Assembly: GCA_029260675.1 (NCBI GenBank)
Contig: JAJDCV010000282.1
Span: 1-48,307 of the forward strand
DNA: 48,307 bases
Direction: 5' to 3'
Source: Phycisphaeraceae bacterium
GTDB lineage: Bacteria > Planctomycetota > Phycisphaerae > Phycisphaerales > Phycisphaeraceae
The position numbers were made by a program, and so were the translations under genes. This document shows positions 34,198 through 43,082 of this stretch, in pieces; within the stretch, counting starts at the first letter, position 1, and every line of letters begins with the position of its first letter. Under the pieces are notes generated by a model that was given only the letters and a program-made list of their open reading frames with translations, was not told where the DNA came from and did not search any database.

Positions 34198-35252
34198 GGC
34201 CCCTCGGATGACTCAGTTGACGCCGGCGGCGATGGCTCGGGGTGTGCATCGACGGCCGCCTGGGTGTGCGTCGCGTCGCTGGGGACACGGGGGGGGGCAT
34301 CAGGGGAACCAAGTCTTCCCCACCCCTCGCCAAGCTGTCCGGACATGTCGTGCACGGCGTCGTATTCGTCGGTACCGCAAGGGACGAAACGTTCCGCCCC
34401 AAACATCGATAGGGCCTGCCGCCCCGCCTCTTCCTCGTGCATACGCAGAAGAGCACGCAACAACTGCTCCGTCTGGCTATCGTCCAGGTCACGGCGCACG
34501 ATCAAAGCGTTGTTGGGCACCGCTTCGCTGGACACCAGCCGGCGGAACCTGCTCCCCGTGTGCCTGGACTCGAAGGCATCGATCCGCAGGTCCTTGGCGG
34601 CACCGGCATCGACCCGACCGCTGAAGACCTCCTCGATCGCCTGATCGTGCGTCCCGACCCAGCGCATCACGACGGCATCATCCCCGGCAAGCATGCCGCC
34701 CCGTGCCAGGGCATAGATCGGGAACAAGTGCCCCGCCGTTGTCGTTCGAACCATCGCGATCGACCGGCCGGCCAGGTCGTCCAGGGTTTGGATCGGTGAG
34801 TCGTCACGGACAAATATCACGCCCCGGTAGGTCGTCACGCCGTCCGCCGTCTGCGGCTTAACCAGAACCCTGGCCTGCAGCTGATCCAGCGTCAGCGTCG
34901 CCACCATAGACCCCATGAACGCGCCGTCGATCCGGCCCCTGGCCATGTCGTTCAACGCCCCGTGGTAGGTATTGGAAGTCACCAGTTCGACTGGCCGATC
35001 CAGGGCGTCCGCGAGGTAGTCCGCCAAAGCCCGGTAGCGCTGACGCTGCGCGAAGATGTCGCGTTCGGGTATCAGTCCCAAGTAGAGCTCTGCCTGGTCG
35101 GCGGCTCCCGCCGAGCCTGCACCACCGCGGCGCTCCGAAGCGGACAACCCGGCGGGAGCTCGGCTGAGCCAAAACACCAGGGCTAACACCAACAACGCCA
35201 GCGTGATACTCAGGGCCGTGGTTGAAATACGCATGCGACCGATCGACATCAT
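34194..35252 (-). CDS. PhnD-like (phosphonate-type) periplasmic substrate-binding protein, membrane-anchored
   Basis: N-terminal TM/signal segment, then LYLGLIPERD...YRALADYL...GRIDGAFMGS...YRGVIFVRDDSPI...LAGRSIAMV..., the pattern of the PhnD/phosphonate-bd SBP family. No ABC permease or ATPase genes are adjacent. Confidence 0.65.
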   Translation of the reverse strand: MMSIGRMRISTTALSITLALLVLALVFWLSRAPAGLSASERRGGAGSAGAADQAELYLGLIPERDIFAQRQRYRALADYLADALDRPVELVTSNTYHGALNDMARGRIDGAFMGSMVATLTLDQLQARVLVKPQTADGVTTYRGVIFVRDDSPIQTLDDLAGRSIAMVRTTTAGHLFPIYALARGGMLAGDDAVVMRWVGTHDQAIEEVFSGRVDAGAAKDLRIDAFESRHTGSRFRRLVSSEAVPNNALIVRRDLDDSQTEQLLRALLRMHEEEAGRQALSMFGAERFVPCGTDEYDAVHDMSGQLGEGWGRLGSPDAPPRVPSDATHTQAAVDAHPEPSPPASTESSEGP

Positions 35253-35331
35253 TCACATCCCGTTGCTATATATAGACGTGACATCGTTCTGAAGTACACC
35301 TACAAACACCGCGCCAGACGGGGGGGTCGCT

Positions 35332-35347
35332 TGGCATCGGGTTTGCA
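35332..35347 (+). promoter_or_regulatory. sigma-54 type -24/-12 promoter
   Basis: Plus strand reads TGGCATCGGGTTTGCA, matching the consensus positions of TGGCACG-N4-TTGCA except two, with correct spacing. It lies about 60 nt upstream of the ATG at 35408. Confidence 0.6.
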
Positions 35348-35407
35348 AAGTATTATTACGGTCCCGGGCGGGGCCATCGATCTGTAATCTCCAGCGAGGC
35401 GACCGTC

Positions 35408-35788
35408 ATGATCATCCAGTTCTGCCCAGAAAAAAACGACGACCCGAAGGTGATCGGCGACCTCAAAACCCTCGTCAAGTTCATCGAGGTCTACTGTGAC
35501 GGTCAACACGCGGATGATTCACGCGAAGCGGTCGAGTTGAAAACCCATGACCTAAAAGAACTTACGGGCAAACAACCCCGCTTGTGCCCCGACTGCCAGA
35601 AGCTGCTGGCACACGCCCTGGTCAAACGGACCGTCTGCCCGATGGACCCCAAGCCCCAGTGCAAGCACTGCCCCAAACACTGCTATCACCCGAACTACCG
35701 CCAAAAAATCAAGGAAGTCATGAAGTACTCCGGCAAAAAACTCTTGATGCGCGGGCGGGTGGATTATCTGCTGCACCTGTTTTTTTAA
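35408..35788 (+). CDS. YgbA-like (nitrous-oxide-stimulated promoter family) Cys-rich protein
   Basis: 126 aa. The pattern FIEVYC...LCPDCQKLLAHALVKRTVCPMDPKPQCKHCPKHCYHPNYRQKIKEVMKYSG matches my recollection of the YgbA family. GAGG lies 8 nt upstream of the ATG. Confidence 0.6.
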   Translation: MIIQFCPEKNDDPKVIGDLKTLVKFIEVYCDGQHADDSREAVELKTHDLKELTGKQPRLCPDCQKLLAHALVKRTVCPMDPKPQCKHCPKHCYHPNYRQKIKEVMKYSGKKLLMRGRVDYLLHLFF

Positions 35789-35867
35789 CGTGACATGAGA
35801 CGACTTAGGCTGTAAATTCTTAAAGTTGAGAATAGCTCGCCCTGAATCAGACGATCGGAAGTAAAAC

Positions 35868-37133
35868 ATGACCCCTCCCAACACACCGGGCAACGGCTCC
35901 TCGACCATGACCCACCTGCGTGTCCTGGGCGATACCGACGGCCAACCCTCCCCCCCCGCGCCGCCGCTTCGCCTGGTCTTCTGGGAATCCACCGCCGGGT
36001 GTAACCTCGAGTGCGTCCACTGTCGGCGCCTGGAGGTCTCACGCGAGTTGAGTCGTAAGGACCTGGATCATCAGCAGGCCATGAAATTCATTGAGAGCTT
36101 GCCAGAGACCGGCAACCCGATCGTGGTGTTCTCAGGCGGTGAACCCCTGATGCGCCCGGATATCTTCGAACTGGCACAACGCGCCAAAGAGATCGGCCTG
36201 CCCACCGCCTTGGCGACCAACGGCACACCCGTCGATGACGCCGTCGCCAAGCGCATCGTCGATACCGGATTCCGACGGGTCTCCATCAGCTTCGACGGGC
36301 CCAGCCCCGACACACACGACAAGTTCCGCGGGATCGACGGCGCGTTCGAGGAATCGATCCGCGGGTTCAAGGCCCTGCGCAAGCTCGGGATGTCGATGCA
36401 GATCAACACCACCATCACCAAGCACAACTTCCACCTGCGCGACGAGATGTACCAGCTCGCGGTGGACCTGGGCGCCGATGCCCTGCACATCTTCATGCTG
36501 GTCCCCGTCGGCTGCGGGATGGAACTCAGCGAAGACGTCAAGCTGGACGACCAGGAGTACGAGGCGGCGCTGAACTGGATCTACGACAAGTCGCTGGAAG
36601 AACAGCTTCACTTAAAGGCAACCTGCGCCCCGCACTACTTCCGTGTGATGCGCCAGCGCGCCATGGCCGAGGGCCGACCGATGCCCCAGTCCGGCCACCC
36701 TCACAAGGGGATGGCGGACACCCGGCCGATGCCTTCGATGGGTTCCCCAACAGGTCACCCAGGCGGACACCCGGGGGGTCACCCCGGAAGTCATCCCGGG
36801 GGCGGTGACGACAACGCAAACATGAGCGCCATGACCAAGGGCTGCCTGGCCGGGCAGGCGGTGTGCTTCGTCTCGCACACCGGCGAGGTCTTCCCCTGCG
36901 GATACCTGCCGGTCAGCTCCGGCAACGTCAAGGACACCCCGTTCCCCGACATCTGGCGCGACAGCCAGATCTTCTCCGAACTACGCGACGACTCGAACAT
37001 CACCGGCAAGTGCGGATGCTGCGAATATAAAAAAGTCTGCATGGGCTGCCGTGCCCGAGCGTTTGCCGACACCGGCAGCTACCTGGCGACCGAACCGAAC
37101 TGCGGGCACACACCGGTGCGGCTGGGCGGCTGA
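35868..37133 (+). CDS. radical SAM/SPASM enzyme of the AhbC/AhbD (NirJ-like) alternative haem biosynthesis family, with a His/Gly/Pro-rich insertion
   Basis: CNLECVHC (CX3CX2C) radical SAM motif, GGEPL, and the C-terminal Cys cluster CGCCEYKKVCMGC. The insertion ...GHPHKGMADTRPMPSMGSPTGHPGGHPGGHPGSHPGGG... lies between the core and the SPASM region. Confidence 0.8.
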   Translation: MTPPNTPGNGSSTMTHLRVLGDTDGQPSPPAPPLRLVFWESTAGCNLECVHCRRLEVSRELSRKDLDHQQAMKFIESLPETGNPIVVFSGGEPLMRPDIFELAQRAKEIGLPTALATNGTPVDDAVAKRIVDTGFRRVSISFDGPSPDTHDKFRGIDGAFEESIRGFKALRKLGMSMQINTTITKHNFHLRDEMYQLAVDLGADALHIFMLVPVGCGMELSEDVKLDDQEYEAALNWIYDKSLEEQLHLKATCAPHYFRVMRQRAMAEGRPMPQSGHPHKGMADTRPMPSMGSPTGHPGGHPGGHPGSHPGGGDDNANMSAMTKGCLAGQAVCFVSHTGEVFPCGYLPVSSGNVKDTPFPDIWRDSQIFSELRDDSNITGKCGCCEYKKVCMGCRARAFADTGSYLATEPNCGHTPVRLGG

Positions 37134-37255
37134 AGACGGATGATAAGTACCGGGCCGGCGCGAGTCCGGCACGGGGTTTGTTTACAAAAGAATCAGGGCG
37201 GGCGGGACGGACCCGCTGCGGACGACAGACGGTTGAATCAAAAGGAGCCTCGGCC

Positions 37256-38521
37256 ATGATCGATGTGAGCGTCCTCTACAGCGGGTTGGAAACACCCAGC
37301 ACCCCCCACCGCTACGGACGGGAGATCACCCAGATCGATCCGCCGGAGCATCAGAAGATGGCCATCGCCAAGAGCGCCTCGGAACGCCGGCCGATCGTCG
37401 TCTGGAATATCACCCGCACCTGTAACCTCAAGTGCGTCCACTGCTACACCGACTCCGAGGCCAAACGTTACCCCGACGAGCTTTCGACCGAGCAGTGCAA
37501 GGCGGTCCTGGATGACCTGGCGGACTTCAAAGTCCCCGCCGTGCTCTTCTCCGGCGGCGAGCCGTTAAGCCGGCCTGACGTCCTGGAGCTCGCCGAGTAC
37601 GGCCGATCATTGGGCCTGCACGTCGTGCTCTCGACCAACGGCACACTGATCGACGCCGAGAAGGCCAAACGCTTCGTCGAATTGGGGTTCGCCTACATCG
37701 GGATCAGCCTCGATAGCGCCACCCCCGCTATCCACGACGAGTTCCGCGGCAAGGAAGGCGCGTTCGACAAGACGATGCGCGGCTTCCACCACTGCGTCGA
37801 TGCCGGGCAGAAGGTCGGGCTACGGCTGACGCTGACCCGTCAGACGGCCAGGGACCTGGACCAGATCTTCGACCTGATCGAGCGCGAAGGCATCAACCGC
37901 GCCTGCTTCTACCACCTCTGCCCGGCGGGCCGGGGCAACAACCTCATCAGCCTGACCCAGAAGGAAACACGCGAGGTCGTCGAAACCATCTTCGACCGCA
38001 CGCACGATCTGAACAAACGCGGCAAGCGTGTCGAGATCCTGATGGTGGACAACCACTGCGACGGGCCGGCGCTCTACCTGAAAATGCTCAAGGAAGGCAA
38101 CCCCCGCGCACAACAGGTCCTGGACATGATCACCTGGAACGGCGGCGCGAAAAACTCCAGCGGGGTCGGGATCTCCAACATCGATTTCTACGGCAACGTC
38201 CACGCCGACCAGTTCTCGATGTACCGCACATTCGGGAACGTCAAGGAACGAAAGTTCTCGGAGATCTGGCAAGACACCAGCGACCCGATCATGGCGGGGC
38301 TGAAGGATCGGCTGCCGTTGTTGAAGGGCCGGTGTGCGACTTGCCGGTTCAAGAACGCCTGCGGCGGCGGCCTGCGGGCACGGGCCGAGTCGATGACCGG
38401 CGACCCTTGGGCCTCAGACCCCTATTGCTACCTCACCGACGAAGAAATCACCGGCGAACCCGTCGGCGTTACCGATGATGAAAATCGGACCCCGGCATCC
38501 GTCGCCGAGCCCGCTAAATGA
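37256..38521 (+). CDS. radical SAM enzyme of the AhbC/AhbD (NirJ-like) family
   Basis: ATG at 37256 with AAAGGAG 9 nt upstream. CNLKCVHC radical SAM motif, GGEPL, and a C-terminal CATCRFKNAC-X21-C auxiliary-cluster motif of the CX2CX5CXnC type. Confidence 0.8.
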   Translation: MIDVSVLYSGLETPSTPHRYGREITQIDPPEHQKMAIAKSASERRPIVVWNITRTCNLKCVHCYTDSEAKRYPDELSTEQCKAVLDDLADFKVPAVLFSGGEPLSRPDVLELAEYGRSLGLHVVLSTNGTLIDAEKAKRFVELGFAYIGISLDSATPAIHDEFRGKEGAFDKTMRGFHHCVDAGQKVGLRLTLTRQTARDLDQIFDLIEREGINRACFYHLCPAGRGNNLISLTQKETREVVETIFDRTHDLNKRGKRVEILMVDNHCDGPALYLKMLKEGNPRAQQVLDMITWNGGAKNSSGVGISNIDFYGNVHADQFSMYRTFGNVKERKFSEIWQDTSDPIMAGLKDRLPLLKGRCATCRFKNACGGGLRARAESMTGDPWASDPYCYLTDEEITGEPVGVTDDENRTPASVAEPAK

Positions 38522-38529
38522 GCTGAACC

Positions 38530-39909
38530 ATGTGCAAATCGATCCTGATTGCAGAAGACGAATCGGTGTTGCGGCAGAGCCTCGCCGAACTGCTTTCCGA
38601 TGAGGGCTATGTAGTCCATCAGGCTTCGGACGGCAAAGAGGCCTTCGGTCTGATCCTCAAACAGCCGGTGGACCTGGTCCTGACGGATATCCGCATGCCG
38701 CAGATGGACGGGATCGAGCTGCTGGCCAAGCTCCAGCAGACCGCGCCGCAGACACCGGTCATCATCGTCACCGCCTACGGCACGGTCGAGAGCGCCGTCG
38801 CCGCCATGCGCTCCGGGGCGCATGATTACCTGCTCAAACCCGTCAATTTCGATGACGTTTTGCTGAAAGTAGAACGCGCCATCGAGTTCGGGGAGATGTC
38901 CCGGACCCGACAGGTCATCACCGAACAGCTCGCCGCAGAAAGCACCTTCCACAACCTCGTCGGCGAGGCCCAGAACATGACCAAGCTCTTCGGCATGGTC
39001 AGAAAACTGGCGACCGTCAAGACCAGCGTCCTGATCGTCGGGGAGTCCGGCACGGGCAAGGAGCTCTTCGCCCGGGCGGTACACTACAACGGCATCACAC
39101 GCGACAAACCCTTCGTCGCCGTCAACTGCGGCGCGATCCCCGACAGCCTGATCGAGTCCGAGCTGTTCGGCTACCGACGCGGAGCCTTCACCGGCGCGAT
39201 CCGTGACAAGAAAGGCTACTTCGAGGCGGCACACCACGGGACGCTCTTCCTCGATGAAATCTCCACACTCCCGCTGAGTGTACAGAGCTCCCTGCTGCGC
39301 GCTTTGGAACAGCGCGTCGTTGTACCCGTCGGCGACACCCAGCCCAGACCCGTCGACGTCCGGATCATCGCCGCCAGCAACCGTGATCTTAAGAAGATGG
39401 TCGACAACGGCGAGTTCCGCGAGGACCTGCTCTACCGGCTGGATGTGGTCAAGCTCGAACTGCCCCCCCTTCGGCAGCGCAAGGAAGATATCCCCGCCCT
39501 GGTCCACCACTTCATCCAGAAGTATACCCAGCAGATGAACAAGCGCGTGCTGGGCATCACCAACGACGCGATGCGCGCCATGCTCGCCCACGAGTGGCGG
39601 GGCAACATCCGTGAGCTTGAAAACGTCATCGAGCGGGCCGTCATCTTCGCCGAAGACAGGCACATCGAATCCCACGACATGCCTTTCGCCATCCCCGGCC
39701 TCGTCCACGACGACAGCGAATCACTCAAGGAAGCCATGCGGCAATTCGAGCGGCACCACATCGTCTACTGCCTGCGCCGTCACGAATACGACAAAGCCGA
39801 GACCGCCAAACACCTGGATATCGGCGTCTCGAGCCTCTACCGAAAGCTCGACGAGTTGGACATCCCCAAGAACATGCAGGAACAAGACCCCGCAGAAGCC
39901 TCGGCCTGA
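38530..39909 (+). CDS. NtrC-family sigma-54-dependent response regulator (receiver + AAA+ + Fis-type HTH)
   Basis: Receiver domain with LVLTDIRMPQMDG. AAA+ domain with GESGTGKE, GAFTGA (ELFGYRRGAFTGA) and LFLDEI. C-terminal HTH ETAKHLDIGVSSLYRKL. Confidence 0.9.
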   Translation: MCKSILIAEDESVLRQSLAELLSDEGYVVHQASDGKEAFGLILKQPVDLVLTDIRMPQMDGIELLAKLQQTAPQTPVIIVTAYGTVESAVAAMRSGAHDYLLKPVNFDDVLLKVERAIEFGEMSRTRQVITEQLAAESTFHNLVGEAQNMTKLFGMVRKLATVKTSVLIVGESGTGKELFARAVHYNGITRDKPFVAVNCGAIPDSLIESELFGYRRGAFTGAIRDKKGYFEAAHHGTLFLDEISTLPLSVQSSLLRALEQRVVVPVGDTQPRPVDVRIIAASNRDLKKMVDNGEFREDLLYRLDVVKLELPPLRQRKEDIPALVHHFIQKYTQQMNKRVLGITNDAMRAMLAHEWRGNIRELENVIERAVIFAEDRHIESHDMPFAIPGLVHDDSESLKEAMRQFERHHIVYCLRRHEYDKAETAKHLDIGVSSLYRKLDELDIPKNMQEQDPAEASA

Positions 39910-39934
39910 CCGGGCCCGAAACATGACCCGCCGA

Positions 39935-41074
39935 TCAGATCTTGACGAATGCGCGCTTAAGATACAGCCAGAAACACAAACCCCAGAGCAGCGCCCACAC
40001 GACCAGCGCGTTGATCAAGGCCGCGGTCGGCTGCGATACGTTTACTAAACCCAGCGCCCCCTCGACAAAGACCCCCACCTTGGGGTTCAGCCAAGTGTGC
40101 GCCAGCGACTCGGTGATCAAATAGATCAGGATCGGGTTGGTCCCCACCACCGCGACGATCCACCCGCCGCGCTTCAACCCAAGCCCGTCGATGATCCAGT
40201 AGAAAAACGCCAAGGCAAGCAGGCACCAGCCGCCCGAGGCGATCACATAAGGGCTGGTGCAGATGCGCTTGATCATCGGCGCCACACCGAAATAGCTCAT
40301 GCCGTAACCAACCACCACCGCCACGACGCCCCACATCGCGATCGTCGCCGCCTTCTTATGTATGGAGCCCGGGCCGATCAATAGTTTGCCCGCCAGCGCA
40401 CCCCAGATCGTGTGCGCCGCGGTCGGGACGCAGTTGATCGCCACCCAGTGGTCCGTATTGATCTTCCCCATCAGCAGCATATCGACGTAAGCCCCGAAGT
40501 TCGCACCGGCGGCGAAGGTCTGGTCATAAGGCGCGACGTGGATAAACCGATACGCCAAACCAGTCGCGCCGATCAAGGCCAATGAAACCCCCAACTGCGC
40601 CATCATCGGCCAACCCATGATCAAAAAAGCGATCAGGATCGTCACCGACAACTGCGTCAACACGTTCCACAACTCCCAGACCAACTCACCCGCGTAGATG
40701 CAATGCAGCCCCGTCCCCAGCAAAAACAAGATCAAGCATCGGCGGACGATGTGCATGAACCGGCGGGCCCAGGTGTCGCCACGCTCGGCCCGCTTGCGCA
40801 TCGAGAAAACCATCGACACGCCCACGATAAACATGAACGCCGGCTGAACCAGGTCCCAGAAAGTAAACCCCCCGTAGGCCGGGTGAAAAAACTGATCCGC
40901 GATGGGATCGAGCCAGGATATCTCAAGCCCGCGCAACGCCCCGTACACCCCCGCGCCCTCGGCGACCAGCAGCGTCATCACCAGCCCGCGGTAGACGTCA
41001 AGCGAGAACAGCCGACCGCTCGGTGCGTTCATCGGGTTTGAACGGTCATCGGTGCCGGCGGCCGTGTCACCCAT
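39935..41074 (-). CDS. DUF5009 / heparan-alpha-glucosaminide N-acetyltransferase-like membrane acyltransferase
   Basis: The RLFSLDVYRGLVMTLLV opening motif is followed by about 10 TM helices. The start is uncertain: ATG 41074 overlaps the upstream gene by 8 nt, and ATG 41032 is the alternative. Confidence 0.55.
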   Translation of the reverse strand: MGDTAAGTDDRSNPMNAPSGRLFSLDVYRGLVMTLLVAEGAGVYGALRGLEISWLDPIADQFFHPAYGGFTFWDLVQPAFMFIVGVSMVFSMRKRAERGDTWARRFMHIVRRCLILFLLGTGLHCIYAGELVWELWNVLTQLSVTILIAFLIMGWPMMAQLGVSLALIGATGLAYRFIHVAPYDQTFAAGANFGAYVDMLLMGKINTDHWVAINCVPTAAHTIWGALAGKLLIGPGSIHKKAATIAMWGVVAVVVGYGMSYFGVAPMIKRICTSPYVIASGGWCLLALAFFYWIIDGLGLKRGGWIVAVVGTNPILIYLITESLAHTWLNPKVGVFVEGALGLVNVSQPTAALINALVVWALLWGLCFWLYLKRAFVKI

Positions 41075-42923
41075 GCCCCTCACCCCCAACCGCCGGATCC
41101 GACAACGCACGCACCAGCACACGCTTGAGCACATACGCCGACACCGACGCCACCGCAAGACAAATCAGCAGGTCCATCCACCTGGAGAAAATCATCGCAC
41201 CGACGCCCAGGAGCATGGAAAAGATGAATCCCATCGACGCGAACCAGCCGATCACACTCAGCCCAAACTCGCCGCGCTCCGCCTTGAGTCCCTCACGGAC
41301 ACGGACCAGTCGCCAGCCCGCACCCGGGGGGCGGATGTCCCGGCAGAACTCCACGGCCTTGCGTGTCGGCTCAGACGACATCAGCAGCGTCACGCCAACC
41401 CAGAGGATCCCGGTACCAAACGTGGTGACCAGCAGCCGGTAGGCGAACCAGTCGATCGGCCGGCCGGCGGCGTTCAGTAACGCGTTGCCGGCCGCGTCCA
41501 CCGGGCTCGCCAGCCACCTTTCACAGGCGTTGCCGATCACCAGTGCGCCCACAACCGCCGCGATCTCCGACCAGGCCGTGACACGCCACCAGTACCAGCG
41601 CAGGATCAACACCGTCGCCACCCCGCTGGTGATCACCGTCAGATACTTGTACGCCTTGAGGATCCCCACCAACTGGGTCGATGTCACCAGCGCCAGGATC
41701 ATCAGCACAACCATCGCCAGCCGGGACGCCAACACCAGCTCCCTCTGCGGCGCATCTTTCCGGATAAACGGGTGATACATATCGTTGACAAGATACGACG
41801 CACCCCAGTTCAGCTGCGTATCCAGCGTGCTCATATACGCGGCGAGCATCGCGGCGACCATGACGCCCTTGATCCCCGTGCCCAGCATCAGGTTGATCAT
41901 CTCCGGGAAAGCGTGTTCCGCGGCGTCTCCGGTCAGCTCCGGGAAGAATACCATCGACGCCAGCCCGACAACGATCCAGGGCCAGGGCCTCAGCACGTAG
42001 TGGCAGAAATTGTACCACAGGAACGCCAGCATCGAGTCTCTCTCGGAGCGCGTCGCCAGCAGCCGCTGCACGAAGTACCCCGTCCCCGGCGCGGCCGGCC
42101 ACCAGGCGACGAAGACGTAACACATAAACGTGAACGCAATCAGATCCATCGATGACAGCGAGAGGTCCGGCGCAAAAGCCAACAGGCCCGGCTCGAAGTT
42201 CTGTGCGGCCGAAAGCCCCTGCACAAAACCCCCGCCGTCAGACACGGCGTTGAACGACACCACCGCCAGCCAGATCGTCCCCACCATCGCGAGCACGAAC
42301 TGAACCAGGTCGGTATACACCACCCCGTAGAGCCCCGCCGCCATCGAGTAGGACAGCGCGCAGAATCCGAGGATGATCAGCACCGTGTCGGTCTGCGTCA
42401 GATTGATCCAGGGTGCGCCCCCGGCGATCGGGGCCCAGGTGATCAGCGGGTCATCGCCCAGGCCCATGACCGCCTGGATCACCTTCGAGGCCGCGATCGT
42501 CACCGACGCCATGATGATGCAGTTGACCATCACCCCGTCAAAGAGCACCTTGAAGACGCGCAGGACCGACCGCTGCGGCGAGGCGTCGTATCGGCACCGG
42601 ATGAACTCGACCTCGGTCAGCACCTTGGTGCGACGCCAGAGCCTGGCAAAGAAGAATATCGTCGCGGTCTGCCCGATCGCCGCCGACCACCAGAACCAGT
42701 TGCCCTGGATCCCTTCGTTACGCGACAGGCCCGCGACATACAGCGGCGTGTCGGTCGAGAAAGTGGTCGCCACCAGAGACGTCCCGGCGATCCACCAGGG
42801 TAATGATCGGCCGGCGATAAAAAAGTCAGTCGTGTTGTGCGAGGCCTTCTTGGCAAACACAAAGCCCAGCACCATCGCGATCGTGACATACAAGGCGACG
42901 ACCAACCAGTCGATTCCTGTCAT
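41067..42923 (-). CDS. sodium:solute symporter family (SSF) transporter
   Basis: 618 aa polytopic protein. The N-terminus DWLVVALYVTIAMVLGFVFAKKASHNTTDFFIAGRSLPWWIAGTSLVATTFSTDTPL is typical of SSF/SLC5 carriers. Confidence 0.8.
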   Translation of the reverse strand: MTGIDWLVVALYVTIAMVLGFVFAKKASHNTTDFFIAGRSLPWWIAGTSLVATTFSTDTPLYVAGLSRNEGIQGNWFWWSAAIGQTATIFFFARLWRRTKVLTEVEFIRCRYDASPQRSVLRVFKVLFDGVMVNCIIMASVTIAASKVIQAVMGLGDDPLITWAPIAGGAPWINLTQTDTVLIILGFCALSYSMAAGLYGVVYTDLVQFVLAMVGTIWLAVVSFNAVSDGGGFVQGLSAAQNFEPGLLAFAPDLSLSSMDLIAFTFMCYVFVAWWPAAPGTGYFVQRLLATRSERDSMLAFLWYNFCHYVLRPWPWIVVGLASMVFFPELTGDAAEHAFPEMINLMLGTGIKGVMVAAMLAAYMSTLDTQLNWGASYLVNDMYHPFIRKDAPQRELVLASRLAMVVLMILALVTSTQLVGILKAYKYLTVITSGVATVLILRWYWWRVTAWSEIAAVVGALVIGNACERWLASPVDAAGNALLNAAGRPIDWFAYRLLVTTFGTGILWVGVTLLMSSEPTRKAVEFCRDIRPPGAGWRLVRVREGLKAERGEFGLSVIGWFASMGFIFSMLLGVGAMIFSRWMDLLICLAVASVSAYVLKRVLVRALSDPAVGGEGHG

Positions 42924-43082
42924 GTGGCGCGTCCTGTCATCTCAAGCATGAAGGGAAGGAAATCATTTCGGTCGGCCGAACAACCATACCCGGACAGGAG
43001 AACCCGGATTGCGGTTTCCGGTATCCGCCCACAGCCAGCGCACCCGATCGGGTGGATCGATGGGCTAAACTAGCACAGTAAT

